Positions 19,414 to 29,671 of a DNA stretch of 64,000 bases are shown here, piece after piece. A program made the translations under genes and the position numbers. The stretch covers positions 1,973 to 65,972 of the forward strand of contig JAFAWQ010000017.1 in NCBI GenBank assembly GCA_019241645.1. The letters are read 5' to 3'. The DNA is from Alphaproteobacteria bacterium. GTDB taxonomy: Bacteria; Pseudomonadota; Alphaproteobacteria; Micropepsales; Micropepsaceae. The stretch's first letter is position 1, and each line of letters begins with the position of its first letter. The notes under the pieces were generated by a model, which worked only from the letters and a program-made list of their open reading frames with translations, was not told the DNA's origin and searched no databases.

Positions 19414-22047
19414 ATGGATATCGAAAAATTCACGGAGCGGGCGCGCGGTTTCATTCAGTCTGCGCAGGGGCTGGCCCTTCGTTCCAATCATCAGCAACTG
19501 CTGCCCCAGCATCTTCTGAAGGTGCTGATCGACGATGAAGAAGGTCTGGCGGCGCGGCTTATTCGTGCTGCCGGTGGCCGTCCGGACCAAGTCCGCACCG
19601 AAAACGAAATCGCTCTCGCCAAAATCCCGCAGGTTCAAGGCGCTGGATCGGGCCAAGTATACCTCGCGCCGGAAACCGCGCGATTGCTGGACACGGCTGA
19701 GAAAATGGCGAAGAAGGCGGGTGACTCTTATGTCACGGCCGAATACGTGCTGGTGGCCCTTGCCATGGCACAGGGTACCGAGGCTGCGCGCGTCCTGAAG
19801 GATGCCGGTGTTACCGCGCAAGGGCTGAACAAGGCCATCGCCGATCTGCGGCAAGGGCGTGTCGCGGATTCCGCCACGGCGGAAAACCAATACGATGCTC
19901 TAAAGAAGTACGCACGCGATCTCACCGAACTCGCGCGGTCCGGCAAGCTGGATCCCGTCATCGGGCGAGATGAAGAGATCCGGCGCACCATTCAGGTGCT
20001 GTCGCGGCGCACAAAGAATAACCCCGTGCTGATCGGCGAGCCCGGGGTCGGTAAGACCGCGATTGCGGAGGGCTTGGCGCTGCGCATCGTCAATGGCGAC
20101 GTGCCGGAAAGTCTGCGCGACAAGCGTCTGATGGCGCTCGACATGGGGTCGCTGATCGCCGGCGCGAAGTTCCGCGGCGAATTCGAGGAGCGGCTGAAAG
20201 CGGTGCTCTCCGAGGTCGTGTCCGCGCAAGGCAAGGTCATCCTTTTCATCGATGAAATGCATACGCTGGTCGGCGCTGGAAAAGCCGAAGGCGCCATGGA
20301 CGCTTCGAACCTGCTGAAGCCGGCGCTGGCACGCGGCGAGCTGCATTGCGTGGGCGCGACCACGCTCGACGAATATCGCAAGCATGTCGAGAAGGATGCA
20401 GCACTTGCTCGCCGCTTCCAGCCGGTGTTCGTCGCCCAGCCTACCGTGGAGGATACGATCTCCATTCTGCGCGGGCTAAAGGAAAAATACGAGGTCCATC
20501 ACGGCGTGCGGATCACCGATTCTGCCATTGTCGCCGCGGCGCAGCTCTCCAACCGCTACATCACCGATCGCTTCCTTCCGGACAAGGCCATCGATCTGAT
20601 GGATGAGGCGGCAAGCCGTCTGCGCATGCAGGTCGATTCGAAGCCAGAGGCGCTGGACGAACTGGACCGCCGCATCATCCAACTCAAAATTGAACGCGAG
20701 GCGCTGCGCAAGGAGAGCGACAAGGCCTCGCGGGACCGTCTCCAGACACTGGAAGGCGAATTGGCGGATTTGGAGGAGGAGTCTGCGTCGCTGACGGCGC
20801 GCTGGCAGGAAGAGAAGAAGTCGGTTCAGGACACCCAGGCGCTGAAAGAGAAGCTCGACAGCGCGCGACAGGAAGTCGAAATCGCTCAGCGGCGGGGTGA
20901 TTTCGCCCGCGCCGGTGAACTCACTTATGGCGTCATCCCGGACCTCGAGAAGAAGCTGAAGGATATCGAGGAAAAGGAAGGCACGGCGCTGGTCAATGAG
21001 GCGGTAACGCCTGAGAACATCGCGCAGGTCGTCTCGCGCTGGACCGGCATCCCGGTCGACAAGATGCTGGAAGGCGAGCGCGCCAAGCTCCTTCACATGG
21101 AAAAGTCACTGGAGCGGCGCGTCGTCGGCCAGAACGAAGCGGTGCGCGCCGTTTCCAATGCCGTGCGCCGCGCACGGGCGGGCCTGCAGGATCCGAACCG
21201 GCCGATCGGCTCGTTCTTGTTCTTGGGTCCTACCGGTGTTGGCAAGACTGAACTCACCAAGGCACTAGCCGAGTTTCTGTTCGATGACGATACCGCCATG
21301 GTGCGCATCGACATGAGCGAGTTCATGGAAAAACATTCCGTCGCGCGGCTGATTGGCGCGCCTCCCGGCTATGTCGGTTATGAAGAGGGCGGCACATTGA
21401 CCGAAGCGGTACGGCGCCGTCCCTACCAGGTGATCCTGTTCGATGAAGTCGAAAAGGCACACCACGACGTCTTCAACGTGCTGCTGCAGGTGCTTGACGA
21501 CGGGCGGCTGACGGATGGGCAGGGCCGCACGGTGGATTTCCGCAACACAGTCATCATCCTGACCTCGAATCTCGGCACAGAATTCCTGTCTGTCGGCGAG
21601 GGGGCAGAGTCGCCGCAACAGCGGGCGCAAGTTATGGGGGCGGTGCGCTCGCACTTCCGGCCAGAATTCCTCAATCGGCTGGACGAAATCATTCTGTTCC
21701 ACCGGCTGAACCGAAGCGACATGGACCGGATCGTCGACATCCAGATCGAGCGGCTTCAGAGGTTGCTGGCGGATCGCAAGATTGTGGTCACGTTGGATGA
21801 AAAGGCGCGAGAGTGGCTGGCACAGGCGGGATACGATCCGGTCTATGGCGCGCGCCCCCTGAAGCGGGTCATTCAGCGCCGGCTGCAGGATCCTTTGGCC
21901 GAGTTGCTCCTTGAAGGCCGCATTTCAGATGGTGATGAGGTGAAAGTGTCGGCCGCGAAGCATGGGCTGACGGTCAACGGGATGGAATTCGCTCCTGGAG
22001 ACTCGGAACTGATGGACGAAGCCGCACCCAGTCACGCGGTCCACTGA
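19414..22047 (+). CDS. clpB: ATP-dependent chaperone ClpB
   Basis: 877 aa; two Walker A motifs ([16 protein letters not shown]), coiled-coil middle domain, GYVGYEEGG pore loop. Confidence 0.99.
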   Translation: MDIEKFTERARGFIQSAQGLALRSNHQQLLPQHLLKVLIDDEEGLAARLIRAAGGRPDQVRTENEIALAKIPQVQGAGSGQVYLAPETARLLDTAEKMAKKAGDSYVTAEYVLVALAMAQGTEAARVLKDAGVTAQGLNKAIADLRQGRVADSATAENQYDALKKYARDLTELARSGKLDPVIGRDEEIRRTIQVLSRRTKNNPVLIGEPGVGKTAIAEGLALRIVNGDVPESLRDKRLMALDMGSLIAGAKFRGEFEERLKAVLSEVVSAQGKVILFIDEMHTLVGAGKAEGAMDASNLLKPALARGELHCVGATTLDEYRKHVEKDAALARRFQPVFVAQPTVEDTISILRGLKEKYEVHHGVRITDSAIVAAAQLSNRYITDRFLPDKAIDLMDEAASRLRMQVDSKPEALDELDRRIIQLKIEREALRKESDKASRDRLQTLEGELADLEEESASLTARWQEEKKSVQDTQALKEKLDSARQEVEIAQRRGDFARAGELTYGVIPDLEKKLKDIEEKEGTALVNEAVTPENIAQVVSRWTGIPVDKMLEGERAKLLHMEKSLERRVVGQNEAVRAVSNAVRRARAGLQDPNRPIGSFLFLGPTGVGKTELTKALAEFLFDDDTAMVRIDMSEFMEKHSVARLIGAPPGYVGYEEGGTLTEAVRRRPYQVILFDEVEKAHHDVFNVLLQVLDDGRLTDGQGRTVDFRNTVIILTSNLGTEFLSVGEGAESPQQRAQVMGAVRSHFRPEFLNRLDEIILFHRLNRSDMDRIVDIQIERLQRLLADRKIVVTLDEKAREWLAQAGYDPVYGARPLKRVIQRRLQDPLAELLLEGRISDGDEVKVSAAKHGLTVNGMEFAPGDSELMDEAAPSHAVH

Positions 22048-22072
22048 GCGGCCAAGCCAACGGCGCCGACGG

Positions 22073-23350
22073 TTGACGAAACCATTGGCGAAGCACAGCA
22101 TCCGGCGCTTGCCGAGTCGTTCCATCAAGAAGATTCTGATCGTCGCCGGCGCTCCGCCTGGGAACGCGCAGACCTTCGTCATGAATCAGGTGGAGGCTCT
22201 GGTGGAAGCCGGCCACGACGTCACCTATTGCGCGCTTCAATACAGCAGGGATTTGCCGGGAAGGCTGCATGATGCAGCCAAGCGGCTGGCGGGCCGCCTG
22301 AAAACAATTCAACTCTTTCCAGACAACGAGACTACTGTTCAAAGCATGCCGCTCGCGCTTCGAGGGTTGGCGACTTTGACGCACGCTGCTGTCCGCCAAG
22401 GCAAATGGAGCGAGCCTTTCGTCGGATTTAGCCTCAATCCCCGACTCATTCGTTTGGCGGCATCGGCGGAAATACATGGGCAATACGACGCCATCCTCTG
22501 CCACTTCGGGATGCCAGCTGTACTGTTCGACCGCGCGCGGGCTCTTGGGCTCGTGAGCGGGAAGCTCGCGGTGTTCTTCCACGGCCGCGATATCCCGAAG
22601 CCACCGGCAGCATCGCGCTATCGCAAGCTCACGGCGCGTGCGGAGCTGGTTGTTGCGAATTCCCAATTCACCGCGAAGCGCCTTGCAGGCCTCGGCCTTT
22701 CATCGCCGCGCCTAAAGGTGATTCCCGTCGGACTCTTCCCTGAGCGCTGGCCGCTGATCGGGCCGCGCGGCGGCGCGCGATTCTTCACCATCGCGCGCCT
22801 CACGGAAAAGAAGGGTCTGGAGTACGCCATTCGCGCGCTTCGCCTGGTGCGGCTCGCCGGGTATCCCGCAACCATGTCGATATTCGGCGATGGCCCCTTG
22901 CGACAACACTTGCAGGCGCTGGTCGCGGAACTTTCTCTGGAGGAGGCCGTGCAGTTTTGCGGCTTCGTTCCCCAGGAACAATTCGTAACTCGCTTGGCGG
23001 ATATGGATGCATTTGTGCTTCCGTCCGTCACGGCGGCGTCGGGTGATATGGAAGGGCAAGGTTTGGCTCTCGCGGAGGCTCAGGCGATGGGATTTCCCGT
23101 CATTGCCACTCGGCACAATGGCTTTCCCGATAGTGTGGTCGAGGACAAGACAGCCTTCCTCGTAGCGGAACGCGATGTCGAAGCACTTGCGGCATGCATG
23201 ATCCGGTTGATCGACTGCCCAGATCTGGCCCGCGACATGGGAAAAGACGGCCGCGCCTTCGCCATCGAGAAATTCGATCAGCGCAAGATTGTGGGAGAAA
23301 TACTCTCAGCGCTGTTCCATGAACCGTTTGTCCGGGATCAAGGCGCGTAG
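22073..23350 (+). CDS. GT4 glycosyltransferase (WcaL-like)
   Basis: IARLTEKKGLEY, DAFVLPSVTAASGDMEG, EAQAMGFPV, HNGFP motifs. Confidence 0.9.
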   Translation: MTKPLAKHSIRRLPSRSIKKILIVAGAPPGNAQTFVMNQVEALVEAGHDVTYCALQYSRDLPGRLHDAAKRLAGRLKTIQLFPDNETTVQSMPLALRGLATLTHAAVRQGKWSEPFVGFSLNPRLIRLAASAEIHGQYDAILCHFGMPAVLFDRARALGLVSGKLAVFFHGRDIPKPPAASRYRKLTARAELVVANSQFTAKRLAGLGLSSPRLKVIPVGLFPERWPLIGPRGGARFFTIARLTEKKGLEYAIRALRLVRLAGYPATMSIFGDGPLRQHLQALVAELSLEEAVQFCGFVPQEQFVTRLADMDAFVLPSVTAASGDMEGQGLALAEAQAMGFPVIATRHNGFPDSVVEDKTAFLVAERDVEALAACMIRLIDCPDLARDMGKDGRAFAIEKFDQRKIVGEILSALFHEPFVRDQGA

Positions 23351-24096
23351 CCCAGCGCGCGCGCCCGCGCGCCGCATATGGCTTCGATGCGCGCGAGGTT
23401 GGGGCCAAAGAACCTATGCGGGGATTCATCGGTTCCCTGCGGCTGGAATGGATGATCGACCTGTGAGGCAATGTCCGCAATCATAGGAAATCCTGCGCCT
23501 GCCGCAAGCTGCGCGATGGTGTTGCGCTTTGCCGCCGTGAAATCCTCGTATCGCACGACTGCCGCGCGATCTCCAAGCGACTGACCGATCTCTGCCGCTC
23601 GCAGCCATCGTGTTGCCAGTATGCTCACGAAGTGATCGGGAGGAAGTCCCAGATCGGCGCCCGAAAGGATATCGGACCATGTGGGATTGATCCTCTTCGA
23701 TCTGGCCGCCGGCTGAGGGGTATCACCCCGCACATCGAGCCGGTTGAGGATGCTGCGGATATTCTGCCACGGATTCCGCAGAACGAAGATGCAGCGTGCT
23801 TCCGGAAACAACGTCAGTAGCGCCGCTGCCACGAAAGTGAGGCTTGGCTCTTTCACGATCGGCGCGGAGAAGGAGCCTCTGTTCCGACGGACGAATGTTG
23901 TGATCGGCGTTTCGCCACGAAGGAGTGGCCCAATGAAAGGATGTCGCGCTCCGGGAAAATCCGCCGCGAGCCGTTTGCCGGTCGCGGCGGCGAGCAGCCC
24001 GGCGATCGCAGACGTTCCAGATTTCTGGTTGCCGAAAACGAAGAGCTGCGGTGAACGCCGCCAAGGTGCGAGAAGGGAATCGAGCAATTGAATCAT
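23338..24096 (-). CDS. Sulfotransferase-family protein
   Basis: GNQKSGTS 5'-PSB loop, RNPWQNIRS 3'-PB motif, VVRYEDF. Confidence 0.8.
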   Translation of the reverse strand: MIQLLDSLLAPWRRSPQLFVFGNQKSGTSAIAGLLAAATGKRLAADFPGARHPFIGPLLRGETPITTFVRRNRGSFSAPIVKEPSLTFVAAALLTLFPEARCIFVLRNPWQNIRSILNRLDVRGDTPQPAARSKRINPTWSDILSGADLGLPPDHFVSILATRWLRAAEIGQSLGDRAAVVRYEDFTAAKRNTIAQLAAGAGFPMIADIASQVDHPFQPQGTDESPHRFFGPNLARIEAICGARARALGYAP

Positions 24097-24737
24097 TCGT
24101 CAGGTGCGAAGACATAAAAATCGGCCAGCGAGGTTTCACTGGGCCGCGCCGGCTCGTGAGGAAACGGATTGTCGATTCGCTCGATCGATTTCCAGGCTGG
24201 CACGTTGCGCGCAATCCAGTCGGTGAACTTCCGATGCCGGACATGTGGCGAACCCCGCTGCGCACCATCGAAATTGCTGGAATAGACGACCACGAAGCGG
24301 GACGCGGCAGCGAACAATTCCCGCATGTAGGTGTCGAAAACCGCGTCCTCCACCAGATGCAAAATAACGTCGATGGAAAGCGCCAGATCGTACTGGCCTG
24401 CGTAACCGGGCCGGTCGTCAAATGTGAAGAATCGGAACTGCTGCTGCCCTTCGAAAAGCTTCCGGCAGAGCGCCACGGCGGCCTGCGATACGTCGATGCC
24501 GGTATAAGCAGGGTAGCGGGCCAAGGCGAGTTGGCGTCCGTCGCCACAGCCGAATTCCACGACGGAGTGGATCGCGTGCCGTTCGACGAAGCCGTTCAGG
24601 AAATCCGCTTTGAACCGCGCCAAGGCGCCCGACGAACCGGAGCCCGAAGTGCCGCCCTCAAGATACCGCTGCTCCCAGTATTGCGCCGAGCCTGAAAAGA
24701 GGCGCGCGCCGAACCATCTGTTCAGCAAGGCTTTCAT
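24093..24737 (-). CDS. Class I SAM-dependent methyltransferase
   Basis: YWEQRY, VEFGCGDG motif I, GIDVS, DVILHLVED. Confidence 0.85.
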   Translation of the reverse strand: MKALLNRWFGARLFSGSAQYWEQRYLEGGTSGSGSSGALARFKADFLNGFVERHAIHSVVEFGCGDGRQLALARYPAYTGIDVSQAAVALCRKLFEGQQQFRFFTFDDRPGYAGQYDLALSIDVILHLVEDAVFDTYMRELFAAASRFVVVYSSNFDGAQRGSPHVRHRKFTDWIARNVPAWKSIERIDNPFPHEPARPSETSLADFYVFAPDE

Positions 24738-24769
24738 GGAAGGCGATTAGCGCGTCCGCTACGGACGAT

Positions 24770-26503
24770 TCAATCCTTTGCGGCGCGCAGTTCGCCGCCG
24801 CCTTCCGCCACCTTGTTCTCAAGCGGCATCGAAGCAAGTTCGCTGTCGACATGCAGGCGGTCGTCGAGGAACTCCCGCAGGTCGCGACCGAACAGGCGCC
24901 GGCCGGTGGCGATCTTCACCGCGGCGGGATTAACCTGCGCATCCCGTATGCGGATTTCATAGTGCAGATGCGGTCCGGTCGACATGCCGCTGTTGCCGCT
25001 ATAGGCGATGACCTGGCCCTGCCGCACCCGCGAGCCGACATGAATTCCGGGCGCAAAGCGGGAGAGGTGGCCGTACGCGGTCGAATAGCCGTTCTGGTGA
25101 TTCACAGAGATGAAGTTGCCGTAGCCGCCCAGCCGCCCTTCCTGCTGGATGACACCCGCGCCAGCCGCCATCACCGGCGTTCCGATCGGCACGCCGAAGT
25201 CCACGCCCTTGTGCATCCGGCTGTAACCGAGAACCGGATGGAAGCGCATGCCGAAGCCTGAGGTGATGCGCGCGCCGTCCACTGGCGTTTTCATCAGCAT
25301 GCTGCGCGCGCTTTGGCCGCGGCTGTCGAAGTACTCCGGCACATCGCCTTTCGGCCGGTAGCGATACAGCGAAACGTGGCGGCCGCCGAAGTTTAGAGCG
25401 GCGTATTGCACATCGCCTTCCTTCGCGGGCTGGCCGTCAGGCGTGTAGTAGTAATTGTAGAGGACCTCGAACGAATCCCCGGACTTCAGGTCGCGCTGAA
25501 AGTCCACTTCGTACGAGAACATGTGAATCATCTTCACGACGATATCGGCAGGGATCCCCGCCTGCATCGCAGCCAGATACAGGCTTGAATCGATCTGGGC
25601 ACCGGCCCGGTGGAAGCGGGCTTCCAGCGTCTTGTGCACATCCTGCGTGGTGAAGGCACCGGTGGCGCCGCGCGCGATGGTGATCTCCCGATCGACGGTC
25701 GGCGAGTAGCTGAGCGACAAAAGCTTGCCAACCGGCGTCTCCGGAACCGCTTCCAGGGTGCCGTTTCCGGCATCGTCGTCGCTCACGGAGTCCATGGATT
25801 GGGCCGGCGGCGTATAGATGATCTGCGCCACCGAACGCACGGGAACGGTGGTGAACGAGATGTCGAAGGTTTCGCCTGCGCGGACCGCCTTGGGATCGTA
25901 GACCCGGGCAAGCGCCAGGATTACCGCGTTTGCCTCTTCCTGCGAAACTCCGGCCTCCGTCAGAGCGCCAACAAGCGTGTCGCCGCGGTCCAGCGTGATG
26001 GTGCGCGTGTCCTCGTCGTTATCCGATCCACCCGCGCGTCTGTCAGCGAAGTCATGGTCGAGCAGGGCAGAAGGATTGCCGATCGAAGGATTGGCCGACA
26101 CCGGGCCGAGCGCAGGCCCCAGGCCGCTATAGCTGACCTGGCTGAGAGTGTTGCGGCCCGCCAGCTTGAGAAAAAGCTGGTAGGGCATCAGCGACCGCTC
26201 GCGGCCCGAATTGGAATGCGACTGAGGCATGATGCCCGACGCCAGCCACGCCACCGAACCCGCCACCAGGGCAGCCATGGACGTCGAGACCAGGGCCCAG
26301 CGCCCGTCGCTCGTGCCGAGAACCTGCCCGGCATTGGCCGCCCAAGCTTCGCCCGTTGCGCCAGCCACACGCCAGCCGTTTACAACACTCGCAAGTCCGA
26401 ATGTGGGGCGACGCTCCACGCCTACTCCTGTCCATCTCGCCGGCGGGAGATAGGTCCCAGCCCACCGCTTCGCGTGCCCCGGAGGGCTTTTCTCAGCCGC
26501 CAT
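24770..26503 (-). CDS. M23-family peptidoglycan endopeptidase (TM, LysM-like, M23)
   Basis: HKGVDF (HxxxD) and HLHYE (HxH) zinc motifs, TYAHL-like TAYGHL, LDRGDTL LysM-like segment. True start may be downstream of 26503. Confidence 0.92.
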   Translation of the reverse strand: MAAEKSPPGHAKRWAGTYLPPARWTGVGVERRPTFGLASVVNGWRVAGATGEAWAANAGQVLGTSDGRWALVSTSMAALVAGSVAWLASGIMPQSHSNSGRERSLMPYQLFLKLAGRNTLSQVSYSGLGPALGPVSANPSIGNPSALLDHDFADRRAGGSDNDEDTRTITLDRGDTLVGALTEAGVSQEEANAVILALARVYDPKAVRAGETFDISFTTVPVRSVAQIIYTPPAQSMDSVSDDDAGNGTLEAVPETPVGKLLSLSYSPTVDREITIARGATGAFTTQDVHKTLEARFHRAGAQIDSSLYLAAMQAGIPADIVVKMIHMFSYEVDFQRDLKSGDSFEVLYNYYYTPDGQPAKEGDVQYAALNFGGRHVSLYRYRPKGDVPEYFDSRGQSARSMLMKTPVDGARITSGFGMRFHPVLGYSRMHKGVDFGVPIGTPVMAAGAGVIQQEGRLGGYGNFISVNHQNGYSTAYGHLSRFAPGIHVGSRVRQGQVIAYSGNSGMSTGPHLHYEIRIRDAQVNPAAVKIATGRRLFGRDLREFLDDRLHVDSELASMPLENKVAEGGGELRAAKD

Positions 26504-26518
26504 TAAGCCGCCCCACCG

Positions 26519-26534
26519 GTTAATGGCGTGTTAG
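26519..26534 (-). promoter_or_regulatory. Near-consensus CtrA site upstream of the M23 peptidase
   Basis: Minus strand CTAA-CACGCCA-TTAAC, one mismatch to TTAA-N7-TTAAC, plus a half site TTAA at 26503-26506. Confidence 0.5.
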
Positions 26535-26678
26535 CGCTGACCGTCGCACGATTCTGGGACATGGACCAATTCACGTCCCCGGCAACGCAATCCAAGGGCC
26601 AAGCCCGGTAAAACCGAATGCGCCACCATCGAAAAACGGCGGCGCATTCGGGCAGTCCGGCCTTTTACCTGGGGGGAA

Positions 26679-27590
26679 TTACAGCCGGACCAGAAGCAGT
26701 TCCGCGATCCTGCCGTGCAGCCAACCAATGGCACGCGCAACATGCAGCATGATGAAGAACAACAGGATGCCCACGATCGTGGCGAGGATAAGGCCGGGTG
26801 CCGTGTGAAGCAGATGTTCGAGCCACGGCACATCGCTGATCTGGACTTCGGAGCGGCCGGTGATCAGGCTCCAGATGCCGCCGAAGGTCAGGCCGAATGA
26901 AACCGCGATTCCGGTTACGGCAATCGTGAAATAAGCGATGCCGAGCGGCAGCATCAGCGCCAGGTAGAACATGGTGGACCAGGTGCGCACATCCACCAGC
27001 GCTTCCTTGATCTGCGTCCAGATTCTCTCGTCGGCGGGTGTCGGAGCGGGCAGCCGGCGCGGCATGCGGACCGCAAGCAAGCCTTCCACGATGCGGCCTT
27101 CCACATGGCCGAGCACGCGGCAGACGCCGATAAACATCAGCGCGAACGGGATGCCGATGATGAGAATGAACAGGCCGACGCTCAGTGCCAGCCCCGTGAC
27201 TACGACAGTGAAATAGAAAATGCCCGTCACCAGCGACAGCAGCATGTACATCAACGCGCCATAGGCGCGCGGATCGCGCACCACGTTGAAGAATCCGAAC
27301 GGGCGGACAGCTCTGTCGCCTTCGGTTTTGGGGAAGGGCCCGGTGATGGCGGCTTCCATCGATTTATACTCCTCTGCAATTTCCTCCGGCGTTCCGTAAG
27401 TTTCAACCACCCGCGCGAGTACGTCGGCCTCGCTCGCACCGGGGTTCATCGCAATCTCGTTGTTCAGGTGTTCCTCGCAGTCGGATACCGCGTCGGCAAT
27501 GAGGCCGGGCTTGCAGCCTTGGGCCTTCATCGACCGCTGCAGCGCCGCGAGGTAGGCGCGGACCGTGTCAGGCGGACGGTCTTGCTTCAT
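26679..27590 (-). CDS. HAAS-like N-terminus + putative sensor membrane protein
   Basis: VRAYLAAL..DAVSDCEEHL..GTPEEIAEEY helical N-domain, then about 4 TM segments (YMLLSLVTGIFYF, RIVEGLL, LPLGIAYF); no kinase domain. Start at ATG 27590. Confidence 0.8.
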   Translation of the reverse strand: MKQDRPPDTVRAYLAALQRSMKAQGCKPGLIADAVSDCEEHLNNEIAMNPGASEADVLARVVETYGTPEEIAEEYKSMEAAITGPFPKTEGDRAVRPFGFFNVVRDPRAYGALMYMLLSLVTGIFYFTVVVTGLALSVGLFILIIGIPFALMFIGVCRVLGHVEGRIVEGLLAVRMPRRLPAPTPADERIWTQIKEALVDVRTWSTMFYLALMLPLGIAYFTIAVTGIAVSFGLTFGGIWSLITGRSEVQISDVPWLEHLLHTAPGLILATIVGILLFFIMLHVARAIGWLHGRIAELLLVRL

Positions 27591-27963
27591 AAACCGCTCC
27601 CTGCACCTGCGCATTCAAGGCGTCGTCCACGAACTCCCGCATGTCTTTCCAGGCGCCCTGCCATTCGCGGAGCGCCTGAAGGCCATCGTCCGTGATGTTG
27701 TAGTAGCGCCGCGGGGGCCCGAAGGCGGACGCCTCGACCCGGCTGTTCAGCAGCCCCAGCTGATTGAGAGAGCGAAGGACAGGGTAGATGGCGCCCTGCT
27801 TGAAGATCAGCCCGCCTTCGCCTTCCGCCTTCACGGCCTTGGCGATTTCGTAACCATACATCTCCCGGCCGGCTCGGGCGAGCACCGCCAGGAGGACGAG
27901 CGAGGATAGCCCGGCCATGAGTTCCTTACGGAATTTGCGCGTATATACGGATTCCTCTGACAC
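27568..27963 (-). CDS. PadR-family transcriptional regulator
   Basis: MYGYEI, GAIYPVLRSL, PPRRYYNIT winged-helix motifs. Confidence 0.92.
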   Translation of the reverse strand: MSEESVYTRKFRKELMAGLSSLVLLAVLARAGREMYGYEIAKAVKAEGEGGLIFKQGAIYPVLRSLNQLGLLNSRVEASAFGPPRRYYNITDDGLQALREWQGAWKDMREFVDDALNAQVQGAVYEARPSA

Positions 27964-28318
27964 GCGCCTGCTTCCGCCTCCCTACTATTACGAACATCAA
28001 TCTAGCGCGGACTTCACACTATACAAGACTGCCCTCCAGTGGAGCTGTGTATATTTTTGACGAGCGCGACCACAACATATTGTGCCTGAATTCTGACGAA
28101 GCATTCGAAATCACGACTCCCTGCCAAAATGCCCTCGCAATTTTATTGCGGAATTGAACCTCGGTTTTCGAAATTTTTCTTTCCTCCTTTGTGATGTCGC
28201 GATCCGCGGGCCATCTCAAGACACATAGGACAGACTCCCCCAAAATGCAACGAATAGAGAACAATGTTTCTGGGGAGACGACGCATTCACGGGACCAAGC
28301 CGCGCCCGTAGGGCTCTC

Positions 28319-29329
28319 CTACCGGCTCCGCACGAAGCCATGGTATTGCGAACCGTCAAGGTAGGTTCCGGCGATCGCATTCCCCTTACCGATGCTCGTA
28401 GCGACGGTCCTAACCGATCCCGGAGGATCGATTGTGGTGAATGTTCCGTCGGCCGCTCGTACGAAGCCGTGATCCACGCCGCCGGCAGCGCTGTAGTATC
28501 CGGCGATTGCGCCTTTGTTGTTGATGCTGTTGTTGACGGTGTAAATCGATCCCGGAGGATCGAACGTGGTGATCGTCCCATCGGGCGCGCGCACGAAGCC
28601 GTGGCTCACGATGCCGCCGGCATCGATGTAGGATCCTGCAATCGCACCTTTCTTGTTGATGGCAAAGGCGCGGGTGGCGGTTGATCCCGCGACATCGAAC
28701 GCGGTGATGGTCCCACCGGCGGCCCGCACAAAGCCATGAACCATGACATTATCCGAGTATTGGCCCGTGGTCGCGCCCTTGCTGTTGATGGCCCAGGCAA
28801 AGGTGCCGGCTGACCCCGGAGGATCGAACGCGGTGAAGGTCCCGTCCGGAGCGCGGACAAAGCCGTGAAACATGCTGCCGGCAATGTAGTAACCGGTGAT
28901 GGCGCCTTTGTCGTTGATGGCGTTGCCGATAGTGCGGATCGATCCGGGAGGATCGAACGCGGTGATCGTCCCGTTGGCAGCCCGCGTGAAGCCGTGATTC
29001 ACGCCGCTGGCATCCTGGTATGATCCCGCGATCGCGCCCTTCTTGTTGATGCCGTTGCCAAAGGTGCCGTTTGATCCCGCAGGATCGAACGCCGTGATCG
29101 TCCCATCGGGGGCCCGCACAAAGCCGTGCGCCACGTTGCTGGCATCCCTGTAGGATCCCGTGATCGCACCGTTGCTTATACTGGCAGGATCGGTTTCGGT
29201 TGATCCCGGCGGATCGAACGTCGTGATCGCGGGCTGGGCCAGCGCCGGCGTGGCGGTCGAAACGAAGCTCAGAAGCACACCATTTGCGGCTAGTTGGGTC
29301 AGCAATGTGAAGGAGTTGTGAGAGCTCAC
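28319..29329 (-). CDS. Secreted 7-repeat HAF-like (HGF) beta-propeller protein
   Basis: Signal peptide, then 7 copies of about 43 aa FDPPGS-x9-IN-x-KGAI-x-G-x-Y-x7-HGFVRA-x-DGT; GTG start at 29329 after AAGGGA. Confidence 0.85.
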   Translation of the reverse strand: MSSHNSFTLLTQLAANGVLLSFVSTATPALAQPAITTFDPPGSTETDPASISNGAITGSYRDASNVAHGFVRAPDGTITAFDPAGSNGTFGNGINKKGAIAGSYQDASGVNHGFTRAANGTITAFDPPGSIRTIGNAINDKGAITGYYIAGSMFHGFVRAPDGTFTAFDPPGSAGTFAWAINSKGATTGQYSDNVMVHGFVRAAGGTITAFDVAGSTATRAFAINKKGAIAGSYIDAGGIVSHGFVRAPDGTITTFDPPGSIYTVNNSINNKGAIAGYYSAAGGVDHGFVRAADGTFTTIDPPGSVRTVATSIGKGNAIAGTYLDGSQYHGFVRSR

Positions 29330-29671
29330 GGCTTTCCCTTGGAATGTGCCTCCCACCTACATTACCACGTTCTGCCGGAATTGTGAAACGCAGTTAATGT
29401 ATTAAGCGTGAATAGTGACTGCTAGTCCATTCCGCTGTTGCGCCCCCAAACCGAGAACACTCAAATGACAATGCTGTCAAATGCTGCCCGGTCGGCCTCA
29501 AAGTCTACTCAGTCCGCAACGCGCTCAGGCAGCGAATGGATTGGCTGCCACTGTTTTCCGCGGGAATACCGGAAATAGCTAGAAATGGAGGCCGCCCGAT
29601 CGTTAACTTAAGTAAATGCCCCCTCTTACCACAACCAGATAGTCTGACTGGATTGATTGGGAGATCGGGGC

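Noticed and set aside
28019-28264. 81-aa minus-strand ORF in the padR upstream gap
   Set aside because: No clear SD, atypical composition, and it overlaps the probable padR promoter.
28319-29200. Regularly spaced DNA repeats that could suggest a CRISPR array
   Set aside because: They are degenerate, in frame and explained by the seven protein repeats; no cas genes.
29394-29405. TTAA-TGTA-TTAA as a CtrA box
   Set aside because: Spacer is 4 nt, not 7; likewise TTAACTTAA near 29603.
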